64,000 nucleotides of DNA from Minisyncoccota bacterium. Lineage in GTDB: Bacteria > Patescibacteriota > Minisyncoccia > Phycocordibacterales > Phycocordibacteraceae. Location: the NCBI GenBank assembly GCA_017991635.1, contig JAGOQE010000001.1, positions 65,008 to 129,007 of the forward strand, given 5' to 3'. This document shows, piece by piece, positions 39,866-50,213 of the stretch. The position numbers and the translations under genes were made by a program. Each line of letters starts with the position of its first letter. Within the stretch, counting starts at the first letter, position 1. The notes beneath the pieces were generated by a model that did no database searches, had not been told where the DNA came from, and saw only the letters and a program-made list of their open reading frames with translations.

Positions 39866-41077
39866 TTAAATCTTTGAAGAGAGCGAGTAGATAGGTGCAA
39901 TCATTGCCATTGCAAAAATACCAACGAACAATCCGATAAAGAGCATGAGTACTGGCTCAATAATAGTAGAGAGGTCTTTTGTTCTGTCTTCAACATCGGT
40001 TTCGTAATACGTTGCGACTTGCCCGAGCATGTCTGAAACTTTTCCTGTCTCCTCTCCAACTGAAATCATGTCAGTTACAAAAATTGGATAGAGCTTTGGA
40101 TAATCATTAAATGCTGCTGAAAGCGCTTCACCTGCACGCACGCGCTCTTCAGCTTCTTTTAAAACGTTTGCAAACAATGGCGCGCCCACCACCTCGCGTG
40201 TAATTGAAATTGCGGTAAGCATTTCAACACCTGAAGAAAGTAGCGAGGAGAGTGAGCGACAGGCACGCGCGCTCATCGTCTCTCGTACCAGGTCCCCAAT
40301 AGCAGGAAGCATGAGTGAGGTTCTCAAAATTACTCCTGCACCAAATTTTGAGCGAATAAATACAGCGCCACTAATTACAATTACGGCAATGATAGACAGT
40401 GTTGCAATCATGTTATTCACCATAAAATCGGAGATGCCGACAATGACCTTTGTCGCCATAGGCAAATCAACACCAAGTGAGGCAAAGGTGCTTGAGAGCG
40501 TAGGCACCACAAACATCATCATCAAAATAGCAATGACCACGATAGCTCCCAAAATAATGCTTGGGTAAATCATAGCGCCCTTAACCTTCTTTTGAAGCGT
40601 GAAGGAACGGTCCATCTGATGTGCCACTGCTGCCAAGGTTTCTGAAAGCTTACCTGACTCCTCGCCCGCCTTCGTCATCGCAATAAAGAGTGTTGAAAAT
40701 ACTTGCGGGTGAGTTGCAAGCGCTTCGTGAAAAGACCCGCCTTGTTTAATACGCGTCTCGAGATCAACAACGGTCTCTTTAAGATATTTATTCTTAGTCT
40801 GACGTTCAATCACAGACAGCGCTCTCGAGAGCGTCAGACCTGCTGAAAGCATGGCAGCAAGATTCTTCGTAAAGGTGATTCTCTGTTCAATATTTATGCC
40901 ACTACCAATACGAATATTTGCCCACTTGGGCACACCGCCTCCCCCACCTTCTTCAAGGGACATGACCGTCGCACCCTCCTTTTCAACAGCGGAGTACACT
41001 GCAAAACGTGTTGGCGCGTCAATAACTCGCTTCTCTTCAGTTCCGTCTTCTTTTTTAATGACGACGCGATATTTCAT
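39866..41077 (-). CDS. pilC: type IV pilus assembly protein PilC (GspF family)
   Basis: 403 aa; two GspF repeats and three TM segments. Confidence 0.85.
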   Translation of the reverse strand: MKYRVVIKKEDGTEEKRVIDAPTRFAVYSAVEKEGATVMSLEEGGGGGVPKWANIRIGSGINIEQRITFTKNLAAMLSAGLTLSRALSVIERQTKNKYLKETVVDLETRIKQGGSFHEALATHPQVFSTLFIAMTKAGEESGKLSETLAAVAHQMDRSFTLQKKVKGAMIYPSIILGAIVVIAILMMMFVVPTLSSTFASLGVDLPMATKVIVGISDFMVNNMIATLSIIAVIVISGAVFIRSKFGAGVILRTSLMLPAIGDLVRETMSARACRSLSSLLSSGVEMLTAISITREVVGAPLFANVLKEAEERVRAGEALSAAFNDYPKLYPIFVTDMISVGEETGKVSDMLGQVATYYETDVEDRTKDLSTIIEPVLMLFIGLFVGIFAMAMIAPIYSLSSKI

Positions 41078-41102
41078 GCTGTATGTACTCTAGCACGTGT
41101 GA

Positions 41103-42854
41103 CTATTCTGAAACGGCACGCAACACCTCTTCAACTGAAGTGATTCCGCGAGAGGCTTTGTAGAGCCCATCTTCAAGCATAGTGAGCATGCCCTCTTGTC
41201 TTGCGAGCTCTTCAATCTTGTCTCCTGACGCATTATGCAAAATAAGATCGCGAAGTGTTGAGGTAAGCGTGAGCACTTCGTGAATACCAATACGACTCTT
41301 ATATCCATCTTCACACTGTGTGGATGGCTTTGGTTTATAGAACGGCAATTCATCAAGCTTGGTACCTGGCTTCACCATCTTCTCATCCGTTAGTGCCTTA
41401 AGTGCCACGTTGAAATGCTCCTCAAGAGCGACGCCTGTGCGTGCTTTTTTATCGAGTTGATACTGCTCTTTTTCATCACAGAGTCTTCGCACAAGTCGCT
41501 GACCCACAACAACACGGAGCGTTGACGCCAAAAGAAACGGTTCAACTCCCATATCAATCAAACGTGGAATAGCGCCCACGGCTGAGTTCGTGTGAATCGT
41601 TGAAAGCACAATGTGTCCCGTAAGCGCAGCATTAATCGCAAGTGATGCTGTTTCTTCATCTCGAATCTCACCGACCATGATGATGTTTGGATCCTGACGC
41701 AAGAGGGCACGGAGTCCCGCAGCAAACGTTAATCCAATACCAGGATTAACTTGCGTTTGATTCACACGCTTCATCTGGTACTCGATTGGGTCTTCAATCG
41801 TTGAAATGTTTACGTCGGGCGTATTCAACATATCGAGAATCGTGTAGAGCGTTGTCGTCTTTCCTGAACCAGTCGGACCAGAAACAAGAATGATTCCTGT
41901 CGTTTGCTTTACTGCATGATGAATGCGCTCTAAGTTCTCACCATGGAAACCAAGGACATCGAGTGTGAAGCCGTCTCCACTCTCGCGAAGAAGACGCATA
42001 ACAATTTTTTCACCGTAGTACGTTGGGAGAAGTGAGACACGGAACGACACCTTATCGCTATCAGTCTCCATCTTAAATCGTCCATCTTGCGGAAGACGCT
42101 TTTCATCAAGCTTTAGATTTGAAAGCACTTTAATACGCGCAGTGATACCTGAGCCTGCGGCCTTGGGGAGCGTCATAGCGTCATGCAAGATACCGTCGAT
42201 GCGATACCGCACCACTACCTCTGCTTCCATAGGTTCAATATGAATGTCAGAAGCGTCTTGAATGATGGCGTGACGAAGAAGCGTGTCGACGATACGCACA
42301 ATCGGCAAATCTTCTGCCATCTTTTTCAAATCTTCACCACTCGCCTCTTCCAGAAGACCATCCTTAACAAGGGTGAGCCGTCCCGCTTCCGTCGAAATCA
42401 AATCACCAAACTCTTCCTTGAGTGATTTTTGATACTGAAGTAGTACGTGGCGAATAGAATCTTCGTCAGTCAAACGCGGAAGAATTTTAAGTCCCGTCTT
42501 CTTCTTCATTGAATCAATTGCGGGAAGGTCTTCCGTATCAAGCATCGCCACTTCAAGTTCAGTGTCTCCCTTTCTAAAGGCAATGATGTTGTGTGTGCGC
42601 GCAATCGGTTCAGGAATCAGTGAGAGCACTTCAAACGGAATCTTTTTATCTTTGAGATTTACAAACGGAATACCAAGCACGTATGCCTTAATACGACGCA
42701 GTGCGTCTTCAGTCATCTGTCCTTGCGAAATGAGAATGTCACCGATAGATTGCTTTCGCTTTTTTGCTTCTATTTCAGCAAGATCAACGTCCTTGCGTGC
42801 GACAAGGCCGGAGTCAATGATGAACTCTTTAAGATCACGTTCTGTCACTTGCAT
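41103..42854 (-). CDS. pilB: type IV pilus assembly ATPase PilB (GspE family)
   Basis: VSGPTGSGKTTTLYT Walker A; start set at MQVTERDL with AAGGAAG RBS. Confidence 0.9.
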   Translation of the reverse strand: MQVTERDLKEFIIDSGLVARKDVDLAEIEAKKRKQSIGDILISQGQMTEDALRRIKAYVLGIPFVNLKDKKIPFEVLSLIPEPIARTHNIIAFRKGDTELEVAMLDTEDLPAIDSMKKKTGLKILPRLTDEDSIRHVLLQYQKSLKEEFGDLISTEAGRLTLVKDGLLEEASGEDLKKMAEDLPIVRIVDTLLRHAIIQDASDIHIEPMEAEVVVRYRIDGILHDAMTLPKAAGSGITARIKVLSNLKLDEKRLPQDGRFKMETDSDKVSFRVSLLPTYYGEKIVMRLLRESGDGFTLDVLGFHGENLERIHHAVKQTTGIILVSGPTGSGKTTTLYTILDMLNTPDVNISTIEDPIEYQMKRVNQTQVNPGIGLTFAAGLRALLRQDPNIIMVGEIRDEETASLAINAALTGHIVLSTIHTNSAVGAIPRLIDMGVEPFLLASTLRVVVGQRLVRRLCDEKEQYQLDKKARTGVALEEHFNVALKALTDEKMVKPGTKLDELPFYKPKPSTQCEDGYKSRIGIHEVLTLTSTLRDLILHNASGDKIEELARQEGMLTMLEDGLYKASRGITSVEEVLRAVSE

Positions 42855-42942
42855 GCTTCCTTTAGTATATCGTGCGTGCGTTATAAATGTACGTTCATGC
42901 ACGCACACAAACAGGGGAAAAGAATTGACGTATACTTACAAC

Positions 42943-43707
42943 ATGGACATGGAACGACTACACCGAAGACTTCGTAACGGCGCAACCGATATTCTTGATA
43001 ACGTTCCTTCAACACGTCCTCCTGCAAAGATTGAACGTGCGCGTGAATCAGCAAGTGACAATGCGCTTGCTCACAGTTTTTTCTCACCCGAACTTCAATC
43101 TGAAACACGTGCGTCAACTGAATCACTGCCAGAGGGTTATCACCTTGCGCACCTTATTGCAGGAAGCAAAAAGGAAGGAACTCTGCACGCTCACGACTAC
43201 ATCATCAAAAAAGATGAGGCGGGTGTGACGCTCTTATATGTAGATGCGGAACACACCATGGGTAAAGGTAAGCGCGAAGGGGTGCTTCCTCGCATGGGTG
43301 ATATTCGTCCTAAGATTGCAAACCTCCTTGCCCTTACCATACCGAACGAGGACGGACCTCTTGAGGCAGTATGTTTGCGCTACCGAACAGAGCGTCTTGG
43401 ACAAGACAGTGAGTTTTTCATGCCCCACCAGCAACTTGCCCTTCTTGAGGAAATGCTTAAAGAGCAGGCACTCCCAGAATCACTTCGCACCAAGGAAGAA
43501 GAGATTGTCTTTAGGGTGCAGATTGGCCCAAACACCAACCTTGTACAAAGTAGGTACACGAGCAGTAAGGACCTTGAGACATTACTTACTGGCAAAGCAA
43601 ACACTCCTTTCTTGAGAGGCAAAACACAGGCATACAGCACTATTGCGAGCAAATTCGCCAGACATATGCGTGACGGAAAGTTCAAACCCATGCGTTCGCC
43701 GGTGTAG
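42943..43707 (+). CDS. hypothetical protein (254 aa)
   Basis: 3' in-frame part of ORF 42562..43707; the 5' part is antisense to pilB and discarded. Confidence 0.4.
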   Translation: MDMERLHRRLRNGATDILDNVPSTRPPAKIERARESASDNALAHSFFSPELQSETRASTESLPEGYHLAHLIAGSKKEGTLHAHDYIIKKDEAGVTLLYVDAEHTMGKGKREGVLPRMGDIRPKIANLLALTIPNEDGPLEAVCLRYRTERLGQDSEFFMPHQQLALLEEMLKEQALPESLRTKEEEIVFRVQIGPNTNLVQSRYTSSKDLETLLTGKANTPFLRGKTQAYSTIASKFARHMRDGKFKPMRSPV

Positions 43708-43829
43708 TCCACTGTCCCCACACCATATTGACAGAACGCTCTCCCTGTCGTACCTTATATATACCTGAAATGTCCGCACCCGCGGGCCTTTCTTTTTAAA
43801 AAACGTGCGCACAACTAAATACAGAAGGT

Positions 43830-45254
43830 ATGCTGGACCTGAAAACCATCAATTCAGTTTTGGGAGAATTTGAAGACCGGGGTATTACCAAGGAGACTAT
43901 GCTCGATGCTATCGAGCAGGCCATGGCTACTGCCTACAAGAAAGAATACGGAAAGCGCGGACAGGTCGTCCGTGCGATGGTTGATATGAATTCAGGCACC
44001 GTTTCCTTCGAACAGGTAAAGACTGTCGTTGACGAGACGATGGTACGTTTTCCTACAAAAGAAGAGGAAGAGGCAGACAATGCCCTTCCTGAGCAGGCAC
44101 ATCACCACGAGCACCACGAGGAATTGCCTGAGGGCGAATTGCCTCGTTACGATGCTGAAAAGCACATGCTTTTGGAGGACGCCAAGCGCATTAAGCGTGG
44201 TGTTGAGCTTGGAGAAGAAATTATCTTCCCTCTTGAGCCACAGGACGACTTTGGTCGTATTGCAGCACAAACTGCTAAGCAGGTAGTTATCCAGAAGATT
44301 CGTGAGGCCGAAAAGCTTTCACTTCTTGCTGAATTTGACCATAAGAAGGGTGAAGTTGTTTCTGGTGTCGTACAGCGCGTTGAGCGTGGGTCTATTTTTG
44401 TTGACCTTGGACGTGCAACCGGCATCATTCCTTACGAGGAGCAGATTCCTGGTGAGCGTTACCGTATGGGAGAGCGCATTTCAGCCTACCTCTACGCTGT
44501 AGATGAAGGATTCCGTGGCGTCTACCTACGCCTTTCACGAAGCCACCCTCGCTTTGTCGTGAAACTCTTTGAAGCTGAAGTACCTGAACTTACATCAGGC
44601 GCTATCGAAATTAAAGGGATTGCTCGCGAAGCAGGTTCACGCACAAAGATTGCCATTGCTTCAACGGACCCTCATGTAGACCCAGTTGGTGCCCTTGTGG
44701 GCCAGCGCGGTGTTCGTGTATCTACCGTTATGGGTGCTCTTGGAGGTGAGCGCATCGATATTATCGAGTGGTCAGACAACCAAGAAAACTATATTAAAGA
44801 GAGCCTTTCACCAGCAACCGTGCTTGAGGTTGAGCTCAAGGAAGCAGATCACCGTGCAACCGTGACGGTGTCAGCTGACCAACAGTCACTTGCAATTGGC
44901 CGCGGCGGACAAAACGTACGCCTGGCTGCAAAACTCACCGGATGGAATATCGATATTCTTTCTGTGGGTGGCGAGAGTGTTGCTGAAGGTGAATCAAAAG
45001 AAGAGGAAGTGGCTTCAGACGAGCCAAAAGCTTCTGAAGTCCACGTAGCTGAGGCCGAGGAGGCGCTTGAAGCGGCTGAAGAGGCAGAGGAGACCAATCC
45101 AGCTCACGAGATGGGACTTGATGAAGGCGCATCTGACTCTATTGTCGTTACTGACGACGCAGAATCTGGCGCACTCTCTGTTGAAGACGAGACCACACTC
45201 ACTGATGAAGGTGTTTCAGAAGGTGAGGCAAAGGACGCTCGCGATACCGTGTAA
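43830..45254 (+). CDS. nusA: transcription termination/antitermination factor NusA with acidic C-terminal tail
   Basis: NusA N-domain; S1 domain GEVVSGVVQRVERGSIFVDLG; two KH domains. Confidence 0.9.
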   Translation: MLDLKTINSVLGEFEDRGITKETMLDAIEQAMATAYKKEYGKRGQVVRAMVDMNSGTVSFEQVKTVVDETMVRFPTKEEEEADNALPEQAHHHEHHEELPEGELPRYDAEKHMLLEDAKRIKRGVELGEEIIFPLEPQDDFGRIAAQTAKQVVIQKIREAEKLSLLAEFDHKKGEVVSGVVQRVERGSIFVDLGRATGIIPYEEQIPGERYRMGERISAYLYAVDEGFRGVYLRLSRSHPRFVVKLFEAEVPELTSGAIEIKGIAREAGSRTKIAIASTDPHVDPVGALVGQRGVRVSTVMGALGGERIDIIEWSDNQENYIKESLSPATVLEVELKEADHRATVTVSADQQSLAIGRGGQNVRLAAKLTGWNIDILSVGGESVAEGESKEEEVASDEPKASEVHVAEAEEALEAAEEAEETNPAHEMGLDEGASDSIVVTDDAESGALSVEDETTLTDEGVSEGEAKDARDTV

Positions 45255-45275
45255 CCACCGTAACTACGTACAATC

Positions 45276-45797
45276 ATGAACTTACTTCACGATATTGAAT
45301 CAGGAAGTGCGGAAAAGATGAACGTCATCATTGAGATTCCAAAAGGCTCAAAGAACAAGTACGAGATTGATAAGGAGACCGGCATCATTGCTCTAGACCG
45401 TGTACTTCACTCAGCTCAGGACTATCCGTTTGACTACGGATTTGTTCCACAGACACTTTGGGATGATGGTGACGCCCTTGATGTGGTGGTACTTACCACC
45501 TACCCGCTCATGCCAGGCATTCTCGTGCGCGTTCGTCCTGTGGCTATCTTGCCTATGGTTGATGGTGGTGAGTCTGACGCCAAGGTGCTTGCTGTTCCTA
45601 CAGATGACCCTCGTTTCGCTGACATCAAGGATCTTTCTGACGTAAACAAGCACACGCTTAAGGAAATCGCTCACTTTTTCTTGACCTACAAGCAAATTCA
45701 AAACAAAGAAGTGTCACTTGGAGAATGGGGCGGACGCGCTGATGCAGAAGCAGCATTCACTCGCTCTCGCGAACTCTACACAAACAAAGGTGCGTAA
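45276..45797 (+). CDS. ppa: inorganic pyrophosphatase
   Basis: KNKYEID...DYGFVPQTLWDDGDALDVVVL. Confidence 0.9.
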   Translation: MNLLHDIESGSAEKMNVIIEIPKGSKNKYEIDKETGIIALDRVLHSAQDYPFDYGFVPQTLWDDGDALDVVVLTTYPLMPGILVRVRPVAILPMVDGGESDAKVLAVPTDDPRFADIKDLSDVNKHTLKEIAHFFLTYKQIQNKEVSLGEWGGRADAEAAFTRSRELYTNKGA

Positions 45798-45812
45798 ACA
45801 TTTGCACATATA

Positions 45813-45843
45813 AAAAACCGGAGGCGCTGTCCTCCGGTTTTTT
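45813..45843 (+). terminator. rho-independent terminator
   Basis: aaaaccggaggcgctgtcctccggtttttt. Confidence 0.7.
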
Positions 45844-45879
45844 GTATGTACTACAGGCACTTAGGTATACTTTACCTAT

Positions 45880-46071
45880 ATGGAAGATACAAAACCTTTT
45901 AGTGGAGGCCAGCCACTTGATGCAGACGCGGCGCGAAACGCTTCTTGGGGCACCATGATTGTCATTGTTGTTATTCTCACGATGATTGTAACGGCAGCAC
46001 TCTATTCTTGGGGAAAGCGCATTGCGGAAGAGAAAGCGCTACAGGCGGAGTACGAAAGTCAGCGCTACTAG
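45880..46071 (+). CDS. small membrane protein, hypothetical
   Basis: 63 aa with one TM. Confidence 0.25.
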   Translation: MEDTKPFSGGQPLDADAARNASWGTMIVIVVILTMIVTAALYSWGKRIAEEKALQAEYESQRY

Positions 46072-46115
46072 TTCAAACTTTCGTTTGAACTAGTTTCTGA
46101 TAGGATAGCTAGACT

Positions 46116-46727
46116 ATGGAGTACAAAAAACTATCCGCGAAGTCATCGATGCTCGTCCCTATGGTGGTTGAAAAGACCCAGTTTGGAGAGCGTGCCTACG
46201 ATATTTACTCACGCCTTTTGAAGGAACGCATTGTGTTTCTTGGAGGCCCTATTGATGACGATGTTGCTAACCTCATCATCTCTCAACTTCTCTTTCTTGA
46301 GGCTGAAGACCCCAAAAAGGATATTTACCTATACGTAAACAGTCCTGGCGGACACGTTCACTCAGGACTTGCCATTGTGGACGCAATGAATCACGTGAAG
46401 CCTGACGTGGCGACCGTTGCTGTTGGTATGGCCGCATCTATGGGCTCTATCATTCTTGCCTCAGGAGCTAAAGGAAAGCGCTTTGCTCTTCCAAACGCAG
46501 ATATCATGATTCACCAGCCTCATGGTGGTGCTGAAGGACAGGCAACAGACATTGAAATCAGCGCACGTCGTATTCTCTCCCTTCGTGAGCGCTTGAATAA
46601 GATTCTCGCAAAGCAGTCAGGGCAAAAGCTTGAGAAAGTTGCCCTTGATGTTGATCGTGACTTCTATCTTTCTGCAGAAGAAGCAAAGAAGTACGGCATC
46701 ATCGACCAGGTATACAAGGTTAAATAG
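46116..46727 (+). CDS. clpP: ATP-dependent Clp protease proteolytic subunit
   Basis: [18 protein letters not shown]...[15 protein letters not shown]...MIHQP. Confidence 0.9.
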   Translation: MEYKKLSAKSSMLVPMVVEKTQFGERAYDIYSRLLKERIVFLGGPIDDDVANLIISQLLFLEAEDPKKDIYLYVNSPGGHVHSGLAIVDAMNHVKPDVATVAVGMAASMGSIILASGAKGKRFALPNADIMIHQPHGGAEGQATDIEISARRILSLRERLNKILAKQSGQKLEKVALDVDRDFYLSAEEAKKYGIIDQVYKVK

Positions 46728-46740
46728 TGAAACCTCTCAA

Positions 46741-46775
46741 AAGCCCCGAAAGCCTACGGCTTTCGGGGCTTTTGT
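46741..46775 (+). terminator. rho-independent terminator
   Basis: 13-bp stem agccccgaaagcc-tac-ggctttcggggct followed by tttgtg. Confidence 0.75.
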
Positions 46776-46867
46776 GTACCTAACAGGCCAAATATGGTCT
46801 AATGACCCCGTTCCCTTACTTATTACCTTTGGGCGCATTTTGCGCGCTTAGGCTTTCAAAAACGTGT

Positions 46868-48397
46868 ATGTCTATAAAACTAGTGTTGGTATTACTCGCA
46901 TTTTCCGGCATGGCCGGTATTGCTCTTGGATACGTCCTTCGTCTCTTAATTGCTCTCGGTCAGCGAGGCTCTATTGAGCTTGAAGTAAAGAAACGTCTCC
47001 TTGATGCAAAAGAAAAAGCTGATCGCATCTTGGAAGAGGCGCGAGCAGAAGCTATCGAAATTCAAGACGAGAAGCTTGACCCGCTTCGCGAACGTGAAGA
47101 ACGTCTTGAAAAGATGGAGGACCGTCTCCTCAAGCGTGAAGAATTTCTTGATGACCGTGAGCGCTCACTCACCAATGAGAGTGATGAAGTTAAAAATCGT
47201 GAAAACGAAGTTGCGAACATTCGCAAAGAAGCGGAAGCGGTGCTTCGTGAACGCAGAGAAAAGCTTTCCGATATTGCGCACTTAAGTGAAGACGAGGCAC
47301 GAGGAATGCTTCTCAAGGAAATTGAGAAGGCATATGAAACGTCGTTCCTCTCTCGCATGCAAAAGCTTGAAACTCATGGAAAGAAACAACTTGAGGCTAA
47401 AGCTAAAAGTGTTTTGCTTTCGGTAATTCACCGCATGGCAGGTGCGGTAAACGCTGAAGTAATGACGCTCACCGTACAGATTCCAAGCGAAGAGATAAAA
47501 GGAAAGGTTATTGGAAAAGACGGACGAAACATTAAAGCGTTTGAACGTGCTACGGGTGTTGATGTTTTGATTGATGACATTCCTGACCGCATTACTCTTT
47601 CTTCCTTTGATCCGCTTCGTCGTCACATCGCAAAGATTGCTCTTGATAAGTTGATTGCTGACGGACGTATTCAACCTGCAAAGATTGAAGAGACCGTTGA
47701 AAAAACTAAGGAAGAAGTGCAAGCACTTATCAAACAGAAGGGCGAGGAAGCAGCGTATGAAGTTGGTATTGTGGACCTTGATCCAAAGCTGATTGCCTTA
47801 CTTGGTCGCCTGCACTTCCGCACAAGCTACGGCCAGAGCGTGCTACAACACTCAGTTGAAATGGCACACCTTGCGGGGATGCTTGCTGAAGAGCTTGGTG
47901 CAAATCCTGAAGTTGCGAAGAAGGGTGCCCTCCTTCACGACATTGGTAAGGCAGTTGACCATGAAGTGTCAGGAACTCACGTTGAGATTGGCCGTCGCAT
48001 CCTTGAAAAGTTTGGTGTTGAAACACCAGTCATTCAAGCAATGCAGTCACACCACGAAGAGTATCCGTATGAAACACCTGAATCAGTCATCGTTCAGACC
48101 GTGGACGCAATCTCTGCAGGACGACCTGGAGCACGTCGTGACACGATTGAACGTTATCTTGAGCGCTTGTCGGATTTGGAGCGCCTTGCAAGCTCATTTC
48201 CGGGCGTTGAGAAGGTATACGCCATCTCTGCAGGTCGTGAAATTCGCATCTTTGTGAATCCAGGGAAGGTAAATGATCTTGCCGTACACAAACTCGCGCG
48301 TGATATCGCCGAGCGAGTGCAGGAAGAACTTAAATATCCAGGAGAAATTAAGGTGAATGTGATTCGTGAGAATCGTGTAGTTGAGTTCGCTCGCTAA
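46868..48397 (+). CDS. rny: ribonuclease Y
   Basis: N-terminal TM, coiled coil, KH (IGKDGRNIKAFERATGVD), HD (HSVEMAHLAG...LLHDIGK); start set at MSIKLVL. Confidence 0.85.
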   Translation: MSIKLVLVLLAFSGMAGIALGYVLRLLIALGQRGSIELEVKKRLLDAKEKADRILEEARAEAIEIQDEKLDPLREREERLEKMEDRLLKREEFLDDRERSLTNESDEVKNRENEVANIRKEAEAVLRERREKLSDIAHLSEDEARGMLLKEIEKAYETSFLSRMQKLETHGKKQLEAKAKSVLLSVIHRMAGAVNAEVMTLTVQIPSEEIKGKVIGKDGRNIKAFERATGVDVLIDDIPDRITLSSFDPLRRHIAKIALDKLIADGRIQPAKIEETVEKTKEEVQALIKQKGEEAAYEVGIVDLDPKLIALLGRLHFRTSYGQSVLQHSVEMAHLAGMLAEELGANPEVAKKGALLHDIGKAVDHEVSGTHVEIGRRILEKFGVETPVIQAMQSHHEEYPYETPESVIVQTVDAISAGRPGARRDTIERYLERLSDLERLASSFPGVEKVYAISAGREIRIFVNPGKVNDLAVHKLARDIAERVQEELKYPGEIKVNVIRENRVVEFAR

Positions 48398-48415
48398 TCA
48401 AGCACCACCAGAACA

Positions 48416-48455
48416 CAAAAACCGCGCAAGGCAATAGCCTTGCGCGGTTTTTGGC
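48416..48455 (+). terminator. rho-independent terminator
   Basis: aaaaaccgcgcaaggcaatagccttgcgcggttttt. Confidence 0.7.
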
Positions 48456-48557
48456 TTATCCCCGACATATGTTAAAGGGTATTGCTAAATATGGCTCATT
48501 TTCTATACTTTCTGACGTACCCTCCTGTAGGGTGTTCATTAGCCCTAATCGTCCCCT

Positions 48558-48830
48558 ATGAATAAATCAGACATCGTTTCAAAGGTGCAGGACGTTCTCG
48601 GAAGCACAAAGGCTGACGCAGAGCGCGCCGTAGAGTGTGTAATTGATTGTGTTACTTCAGGTCTTAAGTCAGGCGATGAAGTATCAATTGCAGGACTCGG
48701 CATCTTTAGCGCAAAGGCTCGTCCTGCGCGCACCGGTCGCAACCCTCGCACCGGAGAGACCATCAAGATTGCAGCTACTCGAACTCCTAAGTTCCGCGCA
48801 GCTAAGGCCTTGAAGGACGCTGTTAAGTAG
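48558..48830 (+). CDS. hup: DNA-binding protein HU
   Basis: 90 aa; GLGIFSAKARPARTGRNPRTGETIKI. Confidence 0.85.
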   Translation: MNKSDIVSKVQDVLGSTKADAERAVECVIDCVTSGLKSGDEVSIAGLGIFSAKARPARTGRNPRTGETIKIAATRTPKFRAAKALKDAVK

Positions 48831-48846
48831 TTTTCTGTTCGTGCGC

Positions 48847-48877
48847 AAAATGCCCTGCATCTGCAGGGCATTTTGCT
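48847..48877 (+). terminator. rho-independent terminator
   Basis: aaaatgccctgcatctgcagggcatttt. Confidence 0.7.
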
Positions 48878-49026
48878 TTGTGTAGAACCAGCCAGCGGGT
48901 TGACATTTAACATAATAATGCGTATAGTCCCACTGGAACAAAAGGTCCCAATATTGCGCCTCGGTGAGGCTCCTAGTGCAAGCGTACAACCCAAAAATCC
49001 TGAACTTAGGAAGGTTACGCCTACAA

Positions 49027-49547
49027 TGGTTAGCAAGCAGAGCAAGAAAAAGAAGGTTGAAGCTCCGGCTCCCGACCGCAACCCTGAGGCCGACATCTTT
49101 GTCGTCCTCAGCTACGAGATTCTTCGTGGTGACGGCAAGGGTGGACAATATCCCTTTCTTCACGCTGTTTGGAGCGGTTTCAACACCGCTTTCAAGCGTG
49201 TCTTCGAGGGAACGAACCCTGTCGACTACATGCAGATGCTCGCCGCCGAGAAACTGATTGAGCTCCGCCCCTTCAAGGGCGGCGTCACGATCAAGCCTCT
49301 CCCGCCCATGCTGAAGAAGCTCTCGCCCGACGAGCAGGCCATCTCGGCTCGCCTTCGCGTCTATCTCAACGATTTCCACGATGAGTGGGCCGAAGAGAAG
49401 AAGCGCCGTGCTGCCGCGAAGGAAGCCGCCAAGCTGGCGCTCCCGCCCAAGCCTGAAGCTCCCAAGCCCACCGCTGCCGAAACGGCTGCTGGCAAGCTCT
49501 GGGCCAAGGGTGATACGGCGAAGGCCCTCGACAAGCTCGGCTACTAG
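49027..49547 (+). CDS. hypothetical protein on GC-rich, GC3-biased DNA
   Basis: AGGAAGG RBS; codon usage clearly different from neighbouring hup and rny. Confidence 0.4.
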
Positions 49548-49609
49548 AGCGCGATGTCGCCCGAGGAGAGTGAACTCTCTCCTCGGGCGCTCGAAATCGG
49601 GAGAACACC

Positions 49610-49765
49610 ATGAAACGAAGGGGCACCGAACTCTGTCTCGAAGCGAAACGGCTCATCGCTGAAATTCGCAAACGGACTGAAGAAGGTCTTCTCATCATCA
49701 AGGAGGCGAAAGAACACCTCAAACAACATGCGCGGCCAAGGCCAATTGCATCGAACGACCCATAG
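49610..49765 (+). CDS. small basic ORF (51 aa); its 3' end lies inside direct repeat 1
   Basis: GGGAGA RBS; MKRRGTELCLEAKRLIAEIRKRTEEGLLIIKEAKEHLKQHARPRPIASNDP; translated by hand, too short for the ORF track. Confidence 0.25.
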   Translation: MKRRGTELCLEAKRLIAEIRKRTEEGLLIIKEAKEHLKQHARPRPIASNDP

Positions 49766-49791
49766 CTCACGCGGGGTCGTTTTGCTTTATA
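49749..49791 (+). repeat. 43-bp direct repeat, copy 1
   Basis: catcgaacgacccatagctcacgcggggtcgttttgctttata; identical to 52463-52505; contains a small hairpin plus T-run. Confidence 0.8.
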
Positions 49792-49814
49792 TATGATAAA
49801 AGACGTAACTTTCG

Positions 49815-50009
49815 TTACGTCTCCCTCCTAATTGAAATCCAAATCGCGGCAGCGCCAACGAAGAGAGCGATAGTGCCCCCCTCCCACATCCCTTCAGGGT
49901 ATCTCTTCCCTGCCTCCATGAGGAAGTACGCTCGGAACATGCCGGACGCCCCCATAAAGGTCAGAAACGAGCCGAGTAGAAAGAGGCCAATCCGATTGAG
50001 TTTATCCAT
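49815..50009 (-). CDS. small membrane protein (64 aa)
   Basis: Two hydrophobic helices. Confidence 0.3.
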   Translation of the reverse strand: MDKLNRIGLFLLGSFLTFMGASGMFRAYFLMEAGKRYPEGMWEGGTIALFVGAAAIWISIRRET

Positions 50010-50030
50010 GAAAGAGCGTCCCTTGTGAGC

Positions 50031-50213
50031 TCACGACGTGATTGTCCCGAGTCTCAATAAGAGGGGTAAGTCGTGTCGTTCGTGATCGTACTTACCCTGT
50101 TTGAGTTTCGCCTTCACGCATTTGCGAGTGTGCAGTTTCTTTTTGTCTGCGACTACTCGCTGGTGAAGCGACGGCGACCGAAGCGCTTTCGCAATCGGAT
50201 TTCTATTCTTCAT
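50031..50213 (-). CDS. small basic protein with ArfA-like (alternative ribosome-rescue factor) motif
   Basis: AKALRSPSLHQRVVADKKK resembles E. coli ArfA [20 protein letters not shown]; 4-nt overlap with the upstream gene. Confidence 0.3.
   Translation of the reverse strand: MKNRNPIAKALRSPSLHQRVVADKKKLHTRKCVKAKLKQGKYDHERHDLPLLLRLGTITS

Noticed and set aside
42562-42942. 5' part of ORF 42562..43707
   Set aside because: It is antisense to the well-supported pilB gene. Only the portion from ATG 42943 onward is kept as a hypothetical gene.
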